From an uncultured Phycisphaerales bacterium (GTDB lineage Bacteria > Planctomycetota > Phycisphaerae > Sedimentisphaerales > Anaerobacaceae): a stretch of DNA of 64,000 bases. Where the stretch lies: NCBI GenBank assembly GCA_963772725.1, contig CAVYYI010000003.1, positions 1 through 64,000 on the forward strand, read 5' to 3'. Each line of letters begins with the position of its first letter. Position 1 is the first letter of the stretch. Positions 9,284 through 19,889 of this stretch are shown here, piece by piece. The notes beneath the pieces are model-generated. The model saw only the letters and a program-made list of their open reading frames with translations, was not told the origin of the DNA and did not search any database. Both the position numbers and the translations under genes were made by a program.

Positions 9284-10870
9284 TTATCCGCCTGCGGAAA
9301 TATCTATTCGACCGTTAGCGCCTTCAAGCTGATTGGCCTGTTCCTTTATATCGCTTTGCGATACTTCGCCGTTCTGGTCGAGTGATAACTCTACCTGAAG
9401 AATTTTCCCAGATTCGAGGTCTTCGAATTTACAGTGCATTCTTTGATTTACGTCATAGCCATAAGTTACCTTAATGGGGCATTCCGCGGGCCTGTTCGGC
9501 GGGAGCTTCAGTATGTGTGTCGCAATTTTATTTACATACTCTATGGCCGTATCCTCACCCTGTGTTACAATTACCTTTAACTCAGTCTGCCCCTGTGACA
9601 TCGTATAAAACATTTCAGATACTTCACAGGGCAGCGGGGTATTTTTTTTCAAAATTATATGGTTCTTGATTACGTGTTTGCCTGTTTCCTTATCGATTGG
9701 CGCACAGATTGTGCCATAACTGTGATTGCAGACATCTGTCAGTTTAATATCTTTGAGTCCGCCGGAAATTCCATCCGACAGTTCTTCGGGTTTTTCTCTC
9801 TGCATTGTTAAGCCCGCATGCAAAGCCGCTCCCAGCGCCACGCATTCATCAACATTAACCGCAGTTTCAGGAGGGAATCCAAACATTTTCTCAAGATGTC
9901 TATGCACCAATGGGATTCTGGTGCTTCCGCCTGACAAGATTACCTTGTCTATATCAGAGGGTTTAAGCCCCGCTTCATCAAGGGCCGTTTCCATGAGCAT
10001 GTCCGTACGGCCTATCAGCGCCGAAATAGCCTGCTCGAACGCCTCGCGTGTAATTTCCACACGAATACTTCCCGCCGAACCATATAACATTTTTCTCGCC
10101 ACAGGACGTCTTGACAGCGTCTTTTTAATATCCTCGGCCTCGTCTTCATATTTTGCCCGGTCCTCTTCGGAGCGAATCAGCTCACTGCCCAACTCGTTTC
10201 TATAACTCTGTTCGAGCATCTCCACTATTTTTTTGTCAAAGTCGATGCCGCCGAGGGCATGTTCGCCCTGCGAGCAGATAATATCCATCTGCTGTCCTTT
10301 AACGTTCATTATTGTTAAGTCGAAAGTTCCACCGCCGAGGTCATACACCAGCACCTTTCCGGAAATCTGACATGTGTTGGCATAACATAAGGCCGCGGCT
10401 ACCGGCTCGTTGACTATACCAATGACATTGAGGCCGGCCATTGTGCCGGCGTCCATCGTGGCTTTTCGGCGAACCTCGTCAAAATGCGCTGGAACGGAAA
10501 TAACAACGTCGTTTATTGGCCCATTTTCAGTCTGGCATTCCTGTTTGAGTTTTTTCAGAATCAGGCTGGATAATTCTACAGGAGTCCAGTCTTTTCCATC
10601 GATATTTATACAATAATTTTTATCTCCCATGTGGCGCTTTATCCAGCGGACAGACCTTTTCGTATTGAGGTATCGTGAATTAAGAGCCTCGATACCCACT
10701 CTTACCGTATTTGAGTCTTCTTCATCGAAATAAATAGCCGAAGGAGTAGTTCTTTCGCCATCAGCATTCGGCACTATCTCCGGCTTTCCGATAGCATTAA
10801 GAACTGCCACCGCGGAAAAAGTTGTTCCGAGGTCTATACCAGCTATATTTGTTTGTTTACGGCAAAGCAT
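9284..10870 (-). CDS. Hsp70/DnaK-family paralog (short, lid-less)
   Basis: GIDLGTT, TTPS, VPAHFD, NEPVAAA, VYDLGGGTFD, GGSTRIP and DECVALGAA motifs; 528 aa. Confidence 0.92.
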   Translation of the reverse strand: MLCRKQTNIAGIDLGTTFSAVAVLNAIGKPEIVPNADGERTTPSAIYFDEEDSNTVRVGIEALNSRYLNTKRSVRWIKRHMGDKNYCINIDGKDWTPVELSSLILKKLKQECQTENGPINDVVISVPAHFDEVRRKATMDAGTMAGLNVIGIVNEPVAAALCYANTCQISGKVLVYDLGGGTFDLTIMNVKGQQMDIICSQGEHALGGIDFDKKIVEMLEQSYRNELGSELIRSEEDRAKYEDEAEDIKKTLSRRPVARKMLYGSAGSIRVEITREAFEQAISALIGRTDMLMETALDEAGLKPSDIDKVILSGGSTRIPLVHRHLEKMFGFPPETAVNVDECVALGAALHAGLTMQREKPEELSDGISGGLKDIKLTDVCNHSYGTICAPIDKETGKHVIKNHIILKKNTPLPCEVSEMFYTMSQGQTELKVIVTQGEDTAIEYVNKIATHILKLPPNRPAECPIKVTYGYDVNQRMHCKFEDLESGKILQVELSLDQNGEVSQSDIKEQANQLEGANGRIDISAGG

Positions 10871-10893
10871 CTATTATGCCTCCTTTTAAATAT

Positions 10894-12174
10894 CTAACAA
10901 AATAATCTTACCTGTGCCATACGGACCACCTTGACATTCCCATCATCAATAACATATTGATAACCGGGCCTTACAACCTCCGCTATTTTACCTTTCACCC
11001 CGGCGTTGTCCGTATATGCCCTGTCCTTAACGACTTCGGCAATCTTCTCCTTGCCGCTGAAATCGCTGTTGACTTCCGGCTTGAACGGTTCAACACCGCT
11101 GGATTCGAGAGCAAAAATCAGTTCGTCCTTTATTTCCTCAAGGTCTGTTGTGTCACGCCCCTGCACAGACAGCGTTGATATGCGATTTTCGAGATTGTCG
11201 ATGCAGCGAATAACCCTGAGGCAAAACGTTCTTATTATATTCCAGTCATAGCCTTCCTGAAGTTTTTTAATTCTGTCCTGCTGGAAAGAGGCGTATTCGC
11301 GAATCGCGGAAACCTGCTTAGTAAGTTCGTCGAGGGTGTTTTTAACAGGCTCAGAATTACCGGTCGCGGCTTCTTTAATGGTTTTAGCCATCTGCCTGAC
11401 CTCAGATACCTGCTTTTCAAGGTTTTCATTTTGAGCTTTCAGCGAACTTTCCACTCTCAAGACGTTTTGATGATAATCCGACAATATCGTTTTGCGAATA
11501 TTCTGCTCCAACCGGTCAAACCGTTTTACATTTATGCCCGCAAAATCCGCTGCTTCGTTTGTCTGTTCTTCAGGAGCGAACGATTTTTCATCACAATAAA
11601 GCATATCAATTTTTTCACTCTCTTTATCCCGGCAATGCGGGTACAGTTCGTTTTGTGTTATAAAATTGCCCTTGGCCCTGACCAATCTATCCGTTTTACT
11701 AGTTTGTGAAATACTTTCGTCTTTTTCACTACCGGCCTCAATCAGCTGATTATCTCCCTCTTTTTTCTGATGTCCGAATTTACTGATAAAAAATAATCTT
11801 ATTCGCTTTAACAATTCCGAAACACCATGAACAATAAATAATAATAACCAGCCGACAGAAATCGTTAATCCCATAGCTGCACATGTGATAGATGCGGTAA
11901 GAATATCCGACCTTACTGCCACCTTTTTTTCCTGATATTTGACAGGTTCTTCCTGCATGTTTTCTCTGGAAACTTCAGTGGCAAAGGTCCCAATATTAAT
12001 ATCGCCGCTGAGCAATTCGTTCAATTTGACATATTTAGTACCAAGCTTTTCCTGCTCCTGGCGCAGCAACAGCTTTTCTTTCTTTTGCTCTGAAAGAACC
12101 CAGCTAAACCCCACAGCGCCGGCGACACACAACACCATCGCTAAAACAAGAAATATTTTTTTCACTTTAGACAT
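10894..12174 (-). CDS. Membrane-anchored GrpE-domain protein
   Basis: Two N-terminal hydrophobic segments, a coiled coil, and a GrpE-like C-terminus (IDNLENR...GVEPF...IAEVVRPGY...VVRMAQV). Confidence 0.75.
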   Translation of the reverse strand: MSKVKKIFLVLAMVLCVAGAVGFSWVLSEQKKEKLLLRQEQEKLGTKYVKLNELLSGDINIGTFATEVSRENMQEEPVKYQEKKVAVRSDILTASITCAAMGLTISVGWLLLFIVHGVSELLKRIRLFFISKFGHQKKEGDNQLIEAGSEKDESISQTSKTDRLVRAKGNFITQNELYPHCRDKESEKIDMLYCDEKSFAPEEQTNEAADFAGINVKRFDRLEQNIRKTILSDYHQNVLRVESSLKAQNENLEKQVSEVRQMAKTIKEAATGNSEPVKNTLDELTKQVSAIREYASFQQDRIKKLQEGYDWNIIRTFCLRVIRCIDNLENRISTLSVQGRDTTDLEEIKDELIFALESSGVEPFKPEVNSDFSGKEKIAEVVKDRAYTDNAGVKGKIAEVVRPGYQYVIDDGNVKVVRMAQVRLFC

Positions 12175-12290
12175 CAGAATAAAGTATAAATAATAATTCC
12201 CTGTTATTCAAATTGAGCTATATTTGAAATTTTCGCGTCCCATAAATACCGAGTCCGAACGCACTCCAGCAGGTAATAAGTTATATTAAT

Positions 12291-13819
12291 TTAAAGCTGC
12301 CTGTCGAGTTTTCGGTAACTTATCGCTTCGGCAATGTGTTCGGAATGGATATTTGCGGCGCCGGCGAGGTCGGCGATGGTGCGGGCAAGTTTGCAGATTT
12401 TATCGTGGGCTCTGCGCTTAAGCCGAATTCAGTCATTGCCTGTTTAAGCAGCAATTCACAGGATGAATCGAGCGGACAGTATTTCTCAACCTGCTTGTGA
12501 CTCATTTTGGCATTGGTCATAATCTTCCCATCACCAAAGCGTTTGACCTGAATTTCTCTTGCGTTGACAACATCATTTCTTATCGCGGCGGAATCGAGTT
12601 CGCTGGATTTTGAACGCAGTTTCTGAAAATTGACTGAGGGAACCTCGATATGAATATCAATTCTGTCAACCAGCGGGCCGGATATTCTGGATATGTACCT
12701 TTCAATCTGATTTGGCGTACATCTGCACTTTCTTATGCTGCTGCCGAAATAGCCGCATGGACACGGGTTCATCGCTGCTATGAGCATAAACTGCGCCGGA
12801 AAACGAATTGTGCCTTTTGCCCTCGAAATCGCGACAAAACCGTCCTCGAGCGGCTGGCGAATCATTTCAAGAACATGCCGCGGAAATTCAGCAAACTCAT
12901 CGAGAAATAAAATACCGAAGTGCGACAGCGAAAGTTCTCCAGGCCTGGGATTTGAGCCTCCGCCCACAAGCGCCGGACCGCTGGCGGTATGATGAGGCAT
13001 CCGGACAGGTCTTGTCGCCAATAATGGTTTGTTCCTGCCGAGCAGGCCGACCGAAGAATATATTCGTGTTGTTTCAAGCGATTCGGCCAGGCTCAGTGGC
13101 GGTAAAATTGTGGCCAGCCTCTGAGCAAGCATCGTTTTTCCCGCACCCGGCGGGCCAATCATCATAATATTATGCCCCCCTGCCGCTGCGATGGTTAGTG
13201 CGCGTTTTACACTTTCCTGCCCCTTGACATCGGAAAAATCTACCTCATAAGACGATGCCGCTTTGAACAGTTGATTAATATCGATACATGTTGTTTCGAG
13301 CGGCAATTGATTTGAAAGAAAACCAACCGCCTGAGCAAGTGAACCGATGGCATAAACCTCGATATCCTTTACAACAGAGGCTTCGGCGGCATTTTCGAGA
13401 GGAACAATCATCCGCGTAAACCCATTTGCCAAGGCCGTCATCGCCATACTCAAGACACCATTGACAGGCCGGACCCTGCCATCTAAGGCAAGCTCTCCAG
13501 CTATAACAAATTCCTTTATGACGGGACTATTAATCATGCCCTGACCAATCAGCATCCCCAAGGCAATGGGTAAATCAAAGGCTGGCCCAACCTTTTTCAC
13601 ATCGGCCGGCGCAAGATTTATGAGTGACTGAGTTTTAGGATATTTATAGCCCGAATTGATAATAGCACTCTTCACTCTTTCAGTGCTTTCCTTGACAGCA
13701 GTATCAGGCAGACCGACTACGATGGATTTTTCAAATCCGCCGCGAGCAACATCAACCTCAACCTCACAGACAACGCCGTCAATCCCGTCAAGTGTAACAC
13801 TGTGCAGCCTTGCCAGCAT
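12291..13819 (-). CDS. comM: ComM/YifB Mg-chelatase-like AAA+ ATPase; frameshift near the C-terminus
   Basis: VGLPDTAVKES, INLAPAD, GPPGAGKT, RMPHH, LFLDEF, AMNPCPCG. An alternative frame supplies HDKICKLARTIADL...EAISYRKLDRQL* ending at 12291. Confidence 0.9.
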
Positions 13820-13839
13820 ATTTATCTCATCCTAATATT

Positions 13840-14022
13840 TTATGTTGATATATTATATTTTTTACCTGCCTGCGTGTCGAATTCTACAACATTTTCCTTA
13901 AGATTGGTAGTTTTAATTACTTTGTCATCCGCTTTTATTGTTACATGGACATTTGCCCTAAGTCTGCATTTATTGCCGAGCTTGGAGAGGATTTGGGCAT
14001 TTGTGAGTTTGCCCCCTTGCTA
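13840..14022 (-). pseudogene. Remnant resembling the C-terminus of a GH95-type alpha-L-fucosidase
   Basis: Minus frame reads *QGGKLTNAQILSKLGNKCRLR...VVEFDTQAGKKYNIST*; no start codon, and TAG sits where Trp is expected. Confidence 0.5.
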
Positions 14023-14240
14023 ATTTCCTTGTATCCATACCCGCACCCCTTTGTTTTTTTACCTGATATGAATATTTTTAACGAAAAACACATATTTTTT
14101 GAATAATATCAATTCGAGAAGCGTCTTTCAAAGCCGATTATCAGCGATTTCCCCGTTTTTCTCACAAAAAAACGTGTTGAAACCCATAAAACACGGAAAA
14201 TAAGGCTAATAAAAAATTTTAAAAAAATTAAAGATTTTTC

Positions 14241-14268
14241 TTGCAAAACGCCAAAACTGGTGTATAAT
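14241..14268 (+). promoter_or_regulatory. Sigma70-like promoter with no downstream ORF
   Basis: TTGCAA-N16-TATAAT preceded by an A-rich UP-like tract. Confidence 0.55.
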
Positions 14269-14369
14269 TAATAATGAAAGTTAGGTCTTTTCTTTCTTAT
14301 ATTGTTTTGGTTTCGTGAGACAGTTGTAGATTTTTGATAAGGTTTGAAATATATTTTTGAACTGTCTCT

Positions 14370-14407
14370 AAAAAAGCTGGAATAACAACCGATTCCAGCT
14401 TTTTTTA
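14370..14407 (+). terminator. Rho-independent terminator (bidirectional-looking)
   Basis: aaaaaagctggaat-loop-attccagcttttttt. Confidence 0.85.
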
Positions 14408-14495
14408 TTGCGCCTCACTTTTTCTAACTCAAAACTCAAAACTTTTATTTTCCACAGATTCAGGCAGATTAATACAGGTTTTTTTAGTAAAAATT

Positions 14496-14519
14496 ACCCC
14501 CGGCATAAAGCCGGGGGCT
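14496..14519 (-). terminator. GC-rich hairpin downstream of the DUF4139 operon
   Basis: cccccggc-ataaa-gccggggg, ~40 nt past the 14559 stop. Confidence 0.5.
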
Positions 14520-14558
14520 TATGGATTTAATATGTGAACGACAAACCCGAAATTTCAA

Positions 14559-15912
14559 TTAATCTTCCCAGTTTTCTTCTCTTGAGCCGCGGTGGGTTGT
14601 CAGGGTGTAATTGAACTTTTTGACGGTGTTGGGGGGCAGTTCGAGGGTGAATTTTACTGAGGATTTGTCGAACTTTTCGTATTGGCCGAAATCGCCGGTT
14701 TTTTTGAGGGTCCAGTATGTGGTGTCGAAGTTGCGTTTTATTTCTACTTTTACAGGAACGGTGCGGGTGTTGCGAACTTCGATTGCGAAAGTGCTGATTT
14801 CATCCCAGCCGGAGATATCGTGGTGGCTGTTAAATTTATAGTTGTCGGTTTCGAAGTTCATAAGTTTGGATTCGAGGATGACGTCGGATACGGGGCCGAG
14901 ATTTAGTTCGACGTCCTCATCGACGGGAATGTACTTGAAGGCGGATTGTCCCTCGTAGGAGAGATGGGCGTTTTCGTCGATGCCGCGATAGACTTTTAAT
15001 GTCGCCGCCGGGGATGGGGGTTTGGCCGAGTTTGTGTTTTTTGTCGTTTTTAAAGCTCAGAAATCGCAGGACGCTGGGGCCGTAACGTTCCTCTTCGTAT
15101 TTGTAGAGGTTTATTACGGGGACGTCGGCGATGTCGAAGCTTTGGAGGCGTTTTGACCAGCCGTTAGAGACGGTTTCGGTGCCTTCGATTGTGTAGAGAA
15201 AATATTCGCTGAGGCCTTCTTTTATGATTTGCTTAGGTCTGTATGCAAATTCCGACGAAGCCGGAGCTGCTACCATCATGCTCCTTTTTGCCATTCGCAT
15301 CCTGCCTGAAATGCCAGGAGGCTCTTCTCCTTCAAGCGGGACGACTTCTCCGGGGCGGCCATAGGGATACTGTCTGCGGGCAAGTTCTGCGATTTCGTCG
15401 AGGATGTGGACTTTGCCGACGATGAGGCGGGTTTGGGCGTTTTCGTAATCTTCGCCGCTGTTATTGGTCAGGCGGACATAGCCCTGCAGGCGCATGGTTT
15501 TTTCGTCCTGGGTGAGGGTTCCCATATAGAAGCGCGCCAGGAAAGGCCGCTGGTGAGGTATGAAATTTCGACGGGGACTTTTCCGCTGACAGCACTTTGG
15601 ATGTTCCAGAGGCCGAGATTCTGTACGCGGGCGGGGTAAACTAATTCGGCGATGTCGATTTTGTCGGCGTAGGCCTTGGGCAGCATTTCGAGGCTGGTCG
15701 GGTCGATGAGGGTGTTGGCCCAGGAGAACTGGAGGCTGTTTTTTCCTTCTTTGAGTGTCAGGCCCCTGCTTTCGCGGACGAGGGTCATGTCGGCGGAATT
15801 GTAGATTGTAAGCTGGACGGTGTCGCGTGTGGGCAAGAGTGACTAAGTCAACTTTGGCCTGCGAAGTGGAAATTGTTATGGCTATTATTAGTATTGAAAT
15901 TATACGTTTCAT
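14559..15912 (-). CDS. Secreted DUF4139/DUF4140-like protein, paralog 3; several frameshifts
   Basis: Signal peptide MKRIISILIIAITISTSQA. Fragments give VQLTIYNSADMTLVRE, IDPTS, SYLTSGLSWRA, NNSGEDYENAQTRLIVG, PIPGG, VEIKR..., KFNYTL. Confidence 0.75.
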
Positions 15913-15952
15913 TTTTTGGACTCCTTAGTTTGACACGGTTTTATTTTAATTG

Positions 15953-17111
15953 TTACTGTCGGACGTTGCGGCGGTGGTAGTGCATCAACAGTTGCTTTGT
16001 CGCGGGGCCTTTTTCGGTGCGGGCGAGAAGCTCGATCTCGAATTCGAGATTGCCGGCATCTTTTTTATTGTACTCAATTTTTTTATCGTTGAGGGTGCAT
16101 TTTTCCATGTCCCATTGGCCGGGGATGTGCTGTATCATGGTAAGGTCGCTGGGGAGTCTTTGAAGTTTTCGATTTTGGCGGTAATGATTTCGTCGGTATC
16201 GAAGAGGATGACGTTGCCGCTATCGTTCTTTTTCAGATTAATTCGCGTATCTTTCATTTTCTTCTGGGTTACCACAATGTCCCGGCTGTCGCCGATATAG
16301 AGCTCCATTTTTTCACCGACGGGGACGCGGCGGGATACATCTTCGCCGAGAAAGATTGTGCTGTTTTGGCCGTCATCCTGGAAGAGACGTGCTTTGCCGC
16401 CCCAGAGGGCAAATTTTCCGAGGCCGCTTTTGGTGTCGTTTACGATTCGATAGCTGACGGGGATGCCGACGTTTTTATTGTTCGAGCTTTGAGGCATCCC
16501 AGGGGAGTTTTTCGGCGTCGAAAGTCCAGACTTTTCTGATGGGGACTTTGGGAGCGGTCAGGAAGAGCATTTGTTTTGTTTCCTCGTGGTTGATGCCCTG
16601 CTCGAAGGCCTGGCCGTAATTTAGGAGGACTTTGGCTTTGTCGAAATCTTCGCCGGAAAAATTCCGCAGGACTAAAAAGCTGGTCAGGTCAACGGCGGTT
16701 TCGGCTTTGTCGGCGATGGCTTTGTAGGTGATGAGCCGGTCGATATTGCTGAGCAGGTAGCTGATGCGGACGGTTTCGGCGTAGTCGCTGTCGCTGGAGA
16801 TTTCCCAGACGAGGGCGGCTTCGCCCGGCGGGTAGCTGACGTTGAGGAGGGTTACTTTGTCGGGGTGGTCCAGCACCGTCAGCCGGATAGAATCTTCGTC
16901 GATACTGACGGCTTTCCAGGAGAAGTCAACTTTGTTGAGACCCTTTTGCAGCGTTAGTACACGCTCTTCCTCGATGAGGGTGGCCTGCGGATTGTCGAGC
17001 CGAATCACCGTCGCCGCCCGCTCAGGCAGAGCAACGAGTTTGATCCTGCGCCTGCACCGCACCAACAACAGACAAAAATAAAATGGTTATTAATATTTTT
17101 TTTGTATTCAT
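15953..17111 (-). CDS. Secreted DUF4139/DUF4140-like protein, paralog 2; frameshifted
   Basis: ATG at 17111 after ggag RBS; signal peptide MNTKKILITILFLSVVG. Fragments give TLIEEERVLTLQKGLN, IDEDSIRL, ISYLL, RNFSGEDF, FLGED...VPVGEKMELYIG. Confidence 0.7.
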
Positions 17112-17122
17112 GGTTACACTCC

Positions 17123-19022
17123 TTAATTTAAAATTTTCTTTTCAGACATTGCTTCACGGCGCCAGCCGTGATAAATAGTTACCTTATATGTGAATTCTTG
17201 TTTACTCTGCGGAGGCAGTTTTATTGTAAAACGCGCGTGCTTAGCATCGTATTTTTGGTAAGACACGTTTTTGTCGCTAATCTCCAGATTCCAATAAGAA
17301 TCTTCAAAACTCCTGGTAATTTCCACTTCAATAGGCAAATAACTTGCATTTATAATTCCTATTTTCCAAGTGCAGAGTTCATCATATCCACCAAATGACA
17401 TACTTTTCAAATTACCATTCTGGTCATATATATATCCATGTGTACAGATATTCCCGTTACCGTCAACAACGTAATTATCTGTCTTATATTCCATTAAAAC
17501 AGGCTCTACTTTTACTAATTGAGCGGGGCCGAGGTTTAGTTCGACTTTTTCGTTTACGGGGATGTATTTAATGTCTGTGGTGCCGATATATGAGAGGGAG
17601 CCCTTCTGGTCGGCGGCGGCGTAAATTTTCATGTTGCCGTTGGGGATGGGGGTTTGGCCGAGATTGTGGTCTTTGTCGTTAGCGAAGGCTATAAATCTTA
17701 TTGTCTGATTGCCCCATCGCTGTTCATCGTATTTGTAGAGGCTGTCAATGTTGACATCGTGGGCGTCGAAAGACTGGAGACGTTTGGCCCAGGTATTCTC
17801 GATGGTTTCTGTGCCTTCGATGGTATAAAGAAAATATTCGGAGAGGCCTTCTTTTATAATTTCTTTTGGTTTTAAGGCTCTTAAATCTAAAATTGAATTT
17901 TTTATAAGCGACTGGTCGCCCAAAACAGGTACGTTTTCATTATCCTCATAAAAGTACAAATAGCCATCGTAGTCTGCTCCACCTATGCCGGCGTGCCTGG
18001 TTTTAATTGGGCTGTCGTAGGGATATTGGCGCTTTGCGAGGGTGGCGATTTCGTTGAGTTGGTGGACTTTTCCTACGAGCAGGCGGGTTTGGGCGTTTTC
18101 GTAATCTTCGCCGCTGTTATTGGCAACGCGGACGTAGGCCTGGAGGCGCATTTTTTGTTCATCGGGGGTGAGGGTTCCCATATAGAAGGCACGCCAGGAA
18201 AGGCCGCTGGTGAAGTAGGTGATTTTGAAAGGCACCTGGCCCTCTATTTCGGAGCGGATGAGCCAACGGCCCAGGTCTTTGAGGCGGGCTGGGAAGACGA
18301 GCTGCTGGATGGTGATTTTGTCTTTTTGCTGCTGGGGTTCGATGCTGAGGGATGTTGGGTCGATGAGGGTGTTTGCCCACATGAACTGGAGCCAGTTCCA
18401 GCCGCGTTTGAGGGTGAGGCTGCGTTTTTCGCGAATGAGGGTTAAATCGGCGGAGTTGTAAATTGTAATCTGGACGTTGTCGCGCCGCGGCAGGACGACG
18501 AGTTCTATTGCGCTTGCGGGGGCAAAGGGTGGTTTGTCATCAACCGCGACGGACTGGTGGGGTAAAGACCCCACCCTACTTTCTTTTTTGTCCTTCAATG
18601 CCATTGGTTTATTTACGATATTTGATTTGCTTTCGCCTGCTGATTTTAGTTTGGCGGGAATTGGTAAAGGATTTTTCGCAATTTCACGTTTGCCAGTCGA
18701 TGTAAATTGTGATACAGCCAAGATAACGCCGAAAATCAGGACGGCAACTGGCAGCGCTTGCCCATGCGTATTTTCTGAATGTGATTACTTTTGGTGGTGC
18801 CGGTTTGGTTGCCCGTGAGACAACGCGGGAAATCAGGTCATCGGAAAGTTTGGTATCTTCGCGCAGTAAATCGAGGGCGGTGAATTTTTGTTTTAGCAGG
18901 TCGGCTTTTTGGCGGCAATCGGGGCAGGTTTGGAGATGGGCGGCGATTTTGTCGGCCTGGTTTTCCGGAACCAGCTTGAACTGGTAATCTATTAATTGTT
19001 TTTCTGTAAGATGACGGCTCAT
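17123..19022 (-). CDS. Zinc-finger (HxxxCxxC) anti-sigma factor fused through a TM helix to a DUF4139-like extracytoplasmic domain; one frameshift near 18750
   Basis: AAHLQTCPDCR at the N-terminus. Removing one base joins YAWASAA to VAVLIFGVILAVSQF (TM), followed by QITIYNSADLTLIRE...NNSGEDYENAQTRL. Confidence 0.7.
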
Positions 19023-19620
19023 ATCTGGTCTCCGAAAGCCACGGGTAATTTTTTGGCAACCGTTCTAAGGGCGCGGGACATCTGTGTTTTAACCGTTCCG
19101 ACGCTGCACCCCATCGCATCGGCGACCTCGGTGTAAGTCAACTGCTGATAATACGCCAGAACGAGGGTCGTGCGCTGCTTGGTGGGCAGTTCGGCGATAA
19201 TCCGCCTGACGTGCTCAGCCTGTTCCCTTTTGGATGCGTTGCCGGATGGTTCCAAAGAATTATCCTCAATAGCTATATCATTCAAACTTTGGTCTGTTTC
19301 GCAATCGTCTTTTTTATTCCGCGATATATTCCGCATAAGATTCGGGCGGCGTAATCCGTCTATCGTTGCGTTGGTGGCGATTTTGTAAAGCCAGGGTTTT
19401 AAGTTTTCACCGCGAATCGTTGCGCGTTTTTCATAGACCCGGCGGAATGTTTCCTGGAAAAGGTCTTCTGCGCCGTCCCTGCTGCCACACAATTTGGTTA
19501 AATATCCGAGCAGAGACCACCGTGCCGTCGGAGAATTTCGCCAAATGCCTCCGAATCGCCTCGCCGCATGGCGTCAATCAGGCTTTTATCGCTGTTTTGC
19601 ATTAGCCCAGTCTGCTCCAT
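19019..19620 (-). CDS. ECF sigma-70 factor; frameshift near 19515
   Basis: DKSLIDAMRRGDSEAFGEI, AEDLFQETF, WLYKIATN, LPTKQR, YTEVADAMGCSVGTVKTQMSRA; 4-nt overlap with the anti-sigma gene. Confidence 0.9.
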
Positions 19621-19632
19621 CTGTTACTCCTG

Positions 19633-19655
19633 ACGGATATGGTAACCGGGCGGTT
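19633..19655 (-). promoter_or_regulatory. Putative autoregulatory ECF promoter
   Basis: Minus strand gtcAAC-N17-CGTc immediately upstream of the sigma gene. Confidence 0.45.
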
Positions 19656-19889
19656 GACAAAAAATAAGAAAAAATTCAGATTTTTCTGTAATAAAACTCC
19701 TTGTAGAAACGTCTTTAATATATATGGTCGGGCTTATGTTTAGAGGTTTGGAACGTGGAATAATATGCTTTTTCAGTACATAAGCCTTTTATTCATATAA
19801 CATTATGATAATTTTATTGTTTTTGCGGGACGTAAAATGGTATAATACTAAAACTAGGCCAATTGACTGAAATAACAAGGCTGGAGGCA

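Noticed and set aside
9284..10870. Calling this the housekeeping dnaK
   Set aside because: It is too short, has a divergent linker and substrate-binding region, and its partners are atypical.
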